DNA of 64,000 nucleotides from Octopus vulgaris. Its lineage: Eukaryota. A program made the translations under genes and the position numbers. The stretch is taken from NCBI GenBank assembly GCA_951406725.2, contig OX597814.1, forward strand, positions 15,376,001 through 15,440,000, written 5' to 3'. Shown here in pieces: positions 54,577 through 64,000 of this stretch (positions are counted from its first letter, which is position 1; every line of letters begins with the position of its first letter). The notes under the pieces were generated by a model that was not told the origin of the DNA, searched no databases, and saw only the letters and a program-made list of their open reading frames with translations.

Positions 54577-54680
54577 CTATATATATGTGTATGTATATAT
54601 ATATATATGTGTGTGTGTGTTTATATATACATGTGTATATATATATATATATATCTATACATATATATATATATATTATG

Positions 54681-54715
<35 letters not shown>

Positions 54716-54786
54716 ATATATATGTATATATATATACATATATGTATATATGTATATATATATATATATTTATGTAAATATATGTT

Positions 54787-54862
<76 letters not shown>
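54541..54862. repeat. Compound (TA)n/(TG)n microsatellite
   Basis: Read directly. Confidence 0.95.
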
Positions 54863-54864
<2 letters not shown>

Positions 54865-55506
54865 TCTGTGCGTGTGCGTGCAACGTCAGGTAGATTGGAG
54901 TAATTTTTCTGGCTCTCCACGTTTCGATCTTCAATTCCGCCGAACTCATCAATTTGCCTTTCATCATTCTTTCCCAGTTGCCACCCTGTATCGGTAAGAA
55001 GACTCCATTTTTGCACTTCTTCCTGTCTCTCTCTCTCTCTCTATCTATATCACCCGAGAGAAAGTGTAAGAAAGGAAGAGGAGAGAATGTCTGTGTGTTT
55101 GTACTATACGTATATACGGATAGATAGTACGACAGATAGATTCAGAGTCGAACTAGGGTGAAAGAAATAAGGGGAGGGAGAGAGATAGCGAGTGAGAGAG
55201 TGAGTAAGAGAGAGAGAGAGAGAGAGACAGCAGCGAAAGATAGAGAGAAAGTTGCAGCGGAGGTTAGTGGATAGGCAAGAAAGTAAGTAAAAGAGTACAT
55301 AAATATTTAGACAGTGAAGAAATAATATCTACGCAAAATATTACCACAGAATGGCAAACGGTTTGCTATAAGGCATCGACGAAACAGTTCAATGTTAACC
55401 AGCTGCTCAACTCACATCATTGCTGAATGTCTTTCCAAAGGGTGACAGACATTTATACAGTTAGACAAACTGGGACACACAATAACTATAACGAAAACTA
55501 GCCAAC

Positions 55507-55537
<31 letters not shown>

Positions 55538-56190
55538 ATACATAAATAATTAGGGTGTCATCTTATTTATCAGTTTCCCATCCTATTCAAATTACATAAT
55601 TTGGAAATATATTTGACCCAATTTTAACCTCATAGGTTATTGAGTGAAAACAGGACATTTTTAGTGAAAACAATGAACCAGCATTTCAATGATTTGTACG
55701 ACTAAGTATCTGAAAGGAACTGAACTGTTATGAGTTTATGTACGCAAATGTATTTGTACTGGATTTCGTTATTCGTGTCGTCTGTTGATTTTCCAATATA
55801 TATGCCTGTCGACTGTCCAATACCTATCAAAATAGCATTCAGAGAATGAAAAATATCGCCAAACAAAACACACATATCATGTATACATACATTCACACAC
55901 ACACACACACACACACGCACACACACACACATTGCTTAGTATTCATTGCTAACACATTTGTACTTTCAAGCTTGGGTAACTTCTGAGATAACAGAGTGGA
56001 GATTAAGCAATCAATAAAACAAAAATAACAAAAAAGCCATCTATAGTCGTCGCCGTCATCGGATCGAGACTGCTTGGTTTATACAATCACTAACACAAAT
56101 AAAATACTGTGGCACAGTATGTTTTTGATAGTTGCATATGTTTGATGGAGAAATGATAACAGTACTGAATAATTAACTAGAAAGATAGAT

Positions 56191-56248
<58 letters not shown>

Positions 56249-56581
56249 TGAGATGAGGAGGAGAAGGGAGAGAAGTTGTCAGAGAGATGAATGCTGAGAC
56301 TCACAGACAATAGGAAGGTAAACTAAGAGCGAAGAGATATTGTCAAATATAATGAGATAAAAATCAGATTCTTACATTGAGTGATGACACGAAGCACGTC
56401 TGCTAAAACGTTATACCCTTATACCATTCCAATATTTCTTCATACTTACAAGGGATCTGTATAAATTATCATGTTATTCCAGTATAACTTGTATGTTTTG
56501 CTCGGTGTGAAATAGTGGCTTGGAGCTCTGGGTATAACACGCAGCGCCCTTCATCGGAAAAGATATAGAATATATATATGG

Positions 56582-56929
56582 GAAGCACTCCGTCGGTTAC
56601 GACGACGAGGGTTCCGGTTGATCCGATCAATGGAACAGCCTGCTCGTGAAATTAACGTGTAAGTGGCTGAGCACTCCACAGACACGTGTGCCCTTAACGT
56701 AGTTCTCGGGGATATTCAGCGTGACACAGAGAGTGACAAGGCCGGCCCTTTGAAATACAGGTACAACAGAAACAGGAAGTAAGAGTGAGAGAAAGTTGTG
56801 GTGAAAGAGTACAGCAGGGATCACCACCATCTTTAGGTGTTTTCGCTCAATAAACACTCACAACGCCCGGTCTGGGAATCGAAACCGCGATCCTACGACC
56901 GCGAGTCCGCTGGGCCATTGCGCCTCCAC
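56582..56929 (-). mobile_element. SINE family B with two small deletions
   Basis: Reverse complement matches the 12126/37856 copies. Confidence 0.93.
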
Positions 56930-56931
56930 CA

Positions 56932-57051
<120 letters not shown>

Positions 57052-57094
57052 ATTTGTGTGTATGTGCATATCTTTTCGAAGGAAGGGCGCTGCG

Positions 57095-57268
57095 CTATGA
57101 TAGATCGCTGGCCACTACACATTCTCTCCTTGTTTCTTTCTGTGTTTCTTTCTGTAGAAGAGCGTAGGTTCGAAACGTTAAAGACTTTTTCACATCTCGT
57201 TATACTAATACATCTGTTTGTTGTCTACACCACCTGTCTTCGTCTTTTGCATTTTGGGGAATTCTCGC

Positions 57269-57270
<2 letters not shown>
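57095..57270 (+). mobile_element. Putative PLE terminal fragment with HHR-like motif at 57147-57184 (U6 variant)
   Basis: UCUUU CUGUAGA A GAGC-guag-GUUC GAAA CG UU AAAGA; homologous to 4555-4710; ends in (TA)n. Confidence 0.65.
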
Positions 57271-57299
<29 letters not shown>

Positions 57300-57335
57300 T
57301 TGTGTGTGTGTGTATGCATGTGTGTGTGCGTGTGC

Positions 57336-57856
57336 GACTTATTTTAGAACATGTTTGAGTCCATAAAATAGGATCTGGCTACATCTCCATTTAGAGGAAA
57401 GGTTAAACTATCTTTTCGTGGAAGACGGTTTATGTTCCTAAAATCTGTGTTAATTCTGTAACCCTTTAAAATGGAAGAGAAGAACGTTCATTTTCGGAAC
57501 TTGATGCTTTGGGAACCAGACAAAAATTGCTGCAGCTCGGCTGGGATGTATTACCCCACCCTCCATATTCATCAGATATTGCTCCTTCGGATTTCTACTT
57601 ATTCAGGTCTCTGCAGAATAGTCTTAATGGTAAAAATTTCAATTCCTTGGATGACGTAAAAAGATACCTTGGTGAATTCTTTGCCTTGAAACCACCTCAA
57701 TTCTGGGAAGAGGGTATTTTCAACTTAAAGGAAAGATGGAAACGCATTGTGCAACAAAATGCTTCATATTTGGTTGATTAAAAATGTAATGGCAAATATT
57801 TATTGACCCTTTTCTTTCCTTTAAAAACCGGCACGAACTTTCCGAACAACCCAATA
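57336..57856 (+). mobile_element. Internally deleted mariner
   Basis: MEEKNVHFRNLMLWE joined directly to TRQKLLQLGWDVLPHPPYSSDIAPSDFYLFRSLQNSL...YLVD*; right TIR GCACGAACTTTCCGAACAACCCAATA. Confidence 0.9.
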
Positions 57857-58139
57857 GTAAACTCTGTGAGTCATAGAGTACAACTACCGAGACACTCTTA
57901 GGCATACGATAATAATTTCCCCATAAATTATCTTTACATTTGAAAAATTCAGAATAAAAAGAAAATGCAAAATAAGAATACCTCAGCAGAGTTTATTGGA
58001 AAACATAAGAAAACAAAAAAGAAAAAAAAACACTCCCACACAGGCTCCATTGATTGCAAAGAAGTTGATTGATGACTCTTAATGAAAAACCGGGGGAAAA
58101 TGCCACTAAATATTCTTTCTTTTATTCTTTTCCCATTAA

Positions 58140-58435
58140 TCTTTTACTTGTTTCAGTCATGCGGCGTTGCTGGAGCACAACCTTTAGTCGAACTAATCGC
58201 CCCCAGGACTTATTCTTTACAGGCCAACAACTTATTCTATCGGCCTCTTTTGTCAAACTCGGTGAGAGGGACAAACACAGACACACAAACATATACATAC
58301 GGCGAGCTTCTTTCAGTTTCCGTCTACCAAATCCACTCACAAGGCTTTGATCGGACCGAGCCTATAGTAGAAGACACTTGCCCAAGGTGCCACGCAGAGA
58401 GACTGAACCCGAAACCATGTGTTTGGGAGCAAGCT
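58140..58435 (-). mobile_element. SINE family A, deleted copy
   Basis: Similarity to family A. Confidence 0.85.
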
Positions 58436-58572
58436 TTTTTTTTTTACCAATCCGTTCTACTATTGATGCGAAGCCTGAAACTTTGATGGTGGAGGCTTAA
58501 TTGGTATTTATTTAATCGATCCCGAAAGGGATGAAGGACAAATTCGACCACGGAACCAATCTTATAATAATA

Positions 58573-58620
<48 letters not shown>

Positions 58621-59563
58621 TATTATATAAAAGGCAGGGGAGCTTGCAGAACCATTAGCAAGTCAGACAAAATTCTAAGCAGCATTTCCTCTGCCTTTAT
58701 GTTCTGAGTTGGAAGTCGACTTTGCCTTTCATCTCTTCGGGGGCGATGAAATAAGTACCAGTCAAGTACTGGGGTTTATATAATTGACTGGCTCCCTCTC
58801 CCAAATTTAGGCCATGAGCCTATAGTAGAAATGATTACTTACAGTATTGTCAGGGTGAGCAAGCGAGCGAGATCGCGCTCGCTTGCTCACGTCGGAAAAA
58901 TGCATTGCGTTATTTAATCCGCCTCTTTAACTTTTGGGCTAAAATCCCGCCAAGATCAACCTTGCATTTCATCTCTTTGGGATCGATAAATTAAAGTCGA
59001 AATCTAGTATTACTAGTGATAGTATCAACTAACCTCCTTTCCGCAAAAGTAAAGCATGAATTATGTTTAAACCAGAAACAATTATACGTGAATTAGTAAA
59101 GTTGATGCATTCGCAGAATCATTAGAAATTTGGTATTTCGTTTGGGACTTTACAATCAGAGTTCGAATCTTGCTGAGGTTAATTTTGCCTATTGATTGAA
59201 TATCGTACCAGTCAAGTACAGGAGTCGATGTAATATACTAAGCCTTTCTCCTCAAAACTGCTGCTCTCGTGCCTAATTTCTAATATACGGACTAAGCCAG
59301 GTATTTGGGGAAGCTAGTTTCTCGGTTAAATCTACTCCTGTACTTGAGAAGTACTTTATTTTATCGACACCGAAAGTTTGGAAAGCAAAGCTGATAATAA
59401 TGAAGATTTTGATGAGGATTATTATTATCATCATCATCATCATCATTATTATTATTGTAAGTGATAACCTCATAACTTAAAACAACATTGGTTTGCTGCG
59501 AGAAAATAGATCTCACACAATCTGTTGTGTCCATATGGTCTACGATTTTGATTGATGTATACA

Positions 59564-59962
59564 CTTTTACTCTTTTACTTGTTTCAGTCATTTGACTGTG
59601 GCCGTGCTGGAGCGCCGCCTTTAGTCGAGCAAATCGACCATAGGACTTATTATTCGTAAGCCTAGTACCTATTCCATCGGTCCCTTTTGACGAACAGCTA
59701 GGTTACGGGGACGTAAACACACCAACATCGGTTGTCAAGCGATACTAGGGAGACAAACGCAGACACACAAATACACACATACATATATAAATATATACGA
59801 CAAGCTTCTTTCAGTTTCCGTCTACCAAATCCACTCACAAGTTTTTGATCAGCCCGAGGCTATAGTAGGAGACACTTGCCCAAGGAGCCATGCAGTGGGA
59901 CTGAACCCGGAACCATGTGGATGGTAAGCAAACTACTTACCACACAGCCACTCCTGCGCCTA
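59564..59962 (-). mobile_element. SINE family A, full length
   Basis: Head, internal microsatellite and tail all present. Confidence 0.94.
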
Positions 59963-60860
59963 TGGCCATAAAGACCACCTTTGTGGAATTCTAAGAAAGC
60001 ATATTTAATCATACAGGATTTCTTTCGAAATTTACATCATGAGTTCCAATTGAGCAGAGGACAATTTGCCTTTCGCCCCTCTTATGTCGACAATATACAG
60101 TATCAGATAAGTACCGGAGTCGTTCTAATCTGACATTTCCTTCAAAATTTTGGGCCACGTGCTTAAATCAGATATTTTATATATACACAAATCTAGATAT
60201 TTGGTGGAAGGAATTTGTAAGTTACATCAACCACATTAGGGCACTTTTATCTTGTTGATATTGAAAGGATGATAGGCAATGATGATGGTGCTCGTGAATA
60301 TGATGATACTGATAATGATGGTAATGATGACGAAAATAATACTGTTGATGACGATGATATTGAGGAAAATCTTCGTGATGATAATGATGGCGATTGTGCT
60401 AAAATGTGTCCTAGATATATATTTTTTGACGTGATTAAAATTGTATTGAAACCGGATCTCACAATATCTGTAATGTCCTTATAGTACAGCATTTACGATA
60501 ACACATGAGCATAAAGACCATCTCTGTGGTATTGGAACAAACGATATTTACTCAACAATAAAAATTTTAGTACGAGCTAATTTTGCATAAGCCTTCTTCC
60601 CTACAACACACGCACATGATAAAAACACAAACAAAACAGAGACAAAAATACATAGAAAACCCAAACCTTAGAACTACTGTGAAATATATATTGTAGGTAT
60701 TACAAATTAGACTTACGGTGGCAGTAAAGCTACGACCAACAGAATAAAAACATAAAGATATTAGTCAAAAAGTTCAAAGGAACCTGCATGCACCTGTTAC
60801 GCTTTTTGAAGGTACAATTTATTAACCAGCTCTTGTTTTAGTATATGTATTCATATATAT

Positions 60861-60904
<44 letters not shown>

Positions 60905-60963
60905 ATCCAAACATGAAAGCACAAATGGAAAACACAACAACGCGAGGACGTGGAACAAGTATA

Positions 60964-60997
<34 letters not shown>

Positions 60998-61307
60998 TTA
61001 TATATATATATATGAAGTGAGAGAGAGAGAGAGCTAGGAGCGTAGGTAAGTATGTGTGTATGTGTATCACTATACAAATATATTGCCACGTGTTTGTGTA
61101 TCGGTTTTCATGTCCTATTGTGCAATAATTTTTATTACTATATAAGCACCAACGATTGCTCTCAGCGGAACATGAAACGAACAAGGAAAAGACCCGTATA
61201 TTTACATACATGTGTGCATGTATGTAACGAGTGCATACCATATATATATATATATATATATACGTACACACATACATACAAATGTAATATATATATCCAT
61301 GCATATT

Positions 61308-61338
<31 letters not shown>

Positions 61339-61964
61339 GATTTAGTTAAATTGAAAACCGTTTACATATTTACATTATTTAAAAAGTAAAATATGTTAAC
61401 CCTGACTGCACCTCACACAGATTATACAGCATTCATTCATATATCATAGAGTTTGAAATATGAAAGGGAATAAAAATAGTGTGTAGGGAGTTGGGGTGGA
61501 ATCTCCCCCCCCCTGTTATAACTCACGTCTTCTCCTTCTTAATCTGTTTTTCGTCCATAGCACTTCTCACTCGCACGCAATCTCTTACTCCTTTACTCAT
61601 AGGATTCATCACTATCTCCTTCACTTTCTCTCCCCCACCCCCCCTCTCTCTCTCTCTCTGACTCTCTTCCTCGCTTTTTCTTTCTCTGTCTCTCTCTGTC
61701 TCACTTTCATTTAACTCTACTTTGTATTAGCACTCTCGGCTTTATGTACATATGAAAACGTATGGAAATTTTAAAAAAAAGGGATTTATGTGGAAAAACA
61801 TTAAATTTGAGTAAATATGTGGTTATATACCTTTTCATGTTTACGCACCTGTAATCAATACGGATGTGTATTTATAAAGAAAAACATTTATGTTATTACA
61901 TATTATGAAAAGAGTATATTCGATTTGTATATATTTCTATTTACACACACACGTTTTCATTTCT

Positions 61965-62014
61965 AATATATATGCGTATATATATATGTATGTGTGTGTA
62001 TGCGTATGCATGTA

Positions 62015-62061
<47 letters not shown>

Positions 62062-62168
62062 CATATATATATATATACATATACATACATATATATATAT
62101 ATACATATATACATATACATATATATATATATATATATACATATATATATACATATATATATATATAC

Positions 62169-62213
<45 letters not shown>

Positions 62214-62284
62214 CATATATATATATATATGCATATATATATATATACATATACATATATATATACATATACATATATATATAC

Positions 62285-62331
<47 letters not shown>

Positions 62332-62368
62332 TATATACATATACATATATATATATATATATATATAT
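61965..62368. repeat. (TA)n/(TACATA)n microsatellite
   Basis: Read directly. Confidence 0.96.
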
Positions 62369-62510
62369 TTAAGTAGGTGAATGAATTATCCTATGTTTAT
62401 CGTCAGTATGGAAAATTCGTTTAACCGAAACCTGGGTAGCAAATTCACGTCAGAAACACGGTTGAAGTGACCTGTCAAGGGTAGAAACTCCGGGTTCATG
62501 TGCAGAAATT

Positions 62511-62556
<46 letters not shown>

Positions 62557-62749
62557 TATTTACATATGTGTGTACGTATGTATATATGTAAATACGTTCA
62601 CACACATACGCACACACACATATATGCATATGTATACACACATATACATACACACACAACCTTCACACAAACACAGATGCAACCATGACGCACACACATT
62701 ATTGATGCATACACACATCCATAATACATATACACATGTATGTGTGTGT

Positions 62750-62903
62750 ATGTGTGTGTTTACGTCCCCGTCACTTAGTGGTTCGGCAAAAGAGACCGAT
62801 AGAATAAGTACTGGGCTTACAAAGAATAAGTCCCGGGGTCGAGTTGCTCGATTAAAGGCGGTGCTCCAGCATGGCCGCAGTCAAATGACTGAAACAAGTA
62901 AAA
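62750..62903 (+). mobile_element. SINE family A, 3' half
   Basis: GTGTGTTTACGTCCCCGTCACTTAG...GACTGAAACAAGTAAAA. Confidence 0.9.
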
Positions 62904-63928
62904 AAAAAATATATATATAGAGAGAGAGAGAGAGAGGAAGAGAGGGAGAGAGAGAGAGAGGAAGAGAGGGAGAGAGAGTAAGAGAGGGTACGAGAGGGAG
63001 AGAGAGAGAGCGTGTGTGTGTGTGTTTGTGTGTGTGTGTCTGTGTAAGTGTATGAATGTGAGTACGTATATGACTATACATAAGCGAGCGGGCTGCTGCT
63101 CATATCGATATATTACAAAATAGAAAGACAACAACATTGTTTCTTAGGAGAAACATACAGTAACAGTGTACATGCTTCTCCTTGCAAACATTAATTCATC
63201 TCTGTCTTTTCTTAAGGAAATTAAGGGTGTCAAAAACACCACCCCATCCGTCTCTTCACTATTCTAACTCTGTTACTTTGATTGTTATCGATTGCCCTTG
63301 TGGCTAAATGAAGACATCGATATTTTATTATCATCATTATTGATTTCATTGCTATAGTTTGTATTATTGTTTCAACTGCGTTATACTTCTCTATTTGGCC
63401 GTTATCAATTGCGTTTTATTTGTTTGTTTAGTTATTTATTTCTATTTTTATAAATTTGATTTGTTTATGCTTTTTTATGGCAATATATGACGTATGATAT
63501 CGTATTAATTTAAATATTATTATTATTGTTGTTGATGATGTTTTTTTTTTATTTTTGTTATTGCTAAAGTGTCGGGCAAAAAAATTGCTGAGCTACATTT
63601 CTCTAAAGTCCTTCAGTTCTGAGTTCAAATTCCGTCGCATTACCTTTGTCTTTCATCCTTTACTATCAGTGAAATACGAATCCCTTCCCATCAAAATTGC
63701 TGCCCAGAAAAGCTATTATTGTTGTCATTGTTATTGTTGTTGTTGTGTTGGTGGTTAATGTTGTTATTATCGTTATCTGTGCTTCATCTCAGGTCAACTC
63801 TAACTGAGCTGACCTATAATTAAAGGCGTTTAAGCCAGCATCATTCAATATTTTCAAAGGAATCTCTGTACAAGGTACCCTCTCTTAACATAGGGGGACG
63901 CTACTTACACGTAGATTTTAATTTTAAT

Positions 63929-64000
63929 AAGGCGGCGTGCTGGTAGAATCGTTAGCACGCCGGGCGAAATGCTTAGCGGTATTTTGTCTGTCGTTACGTT
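63929..64000 (+). mobile_element. SINE family E head, cut by the window edge
   Basis: AAGGCGGCGTGCTGGTAGAATCGTTAGCACGCCGGGCGAAATGCTTAGCGG. Confidence 0.85.

Noticed and set aside
60269-60484. Acidic D/N-rich 71-aa ORF
   Set aside because: Decayed (GAT)n trinucleotide repeat.

Overview
AT-rich eukaryotic DNA, dense in microsatellites, with no host protein-coding gene that I can support. The SINE and microsatellite make-up suggests a cephalopod (Octopus-like) intergenic or intronic region; this is inference. Nearly all ORFs in the track are translations of (TA)n/(CA)n/(AAT)n tracts or SINEs. The real content is decayed mobile DNA: at least five tRNA-derived SINE families; RTE, CR1-like, L1/Tx1-like and R4/Dong LINE remnants; several Tc1/mariner remnants and a MITE; and a 100-N assembly gap. 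The main signal is a set of Penelope-like element (PLE) remnants, mostly at (TA)n tracts. Three keep GIY-YIG endonuclease sequence and five form asymmetric fold-backs. Together they carry about 12 minimal type I hammerhead ribozyme (HHR) motifs. The cores include canonical C3-G8 and apparent compensatory G3-C8 (18088-18138) and A3-U8 (34746-34778) swaps, a U6 variant, a recurrent extra nucleotide after A9, and long-stem-II forms. Ribozyme activity and novelty cannot be established from the sequence alone.
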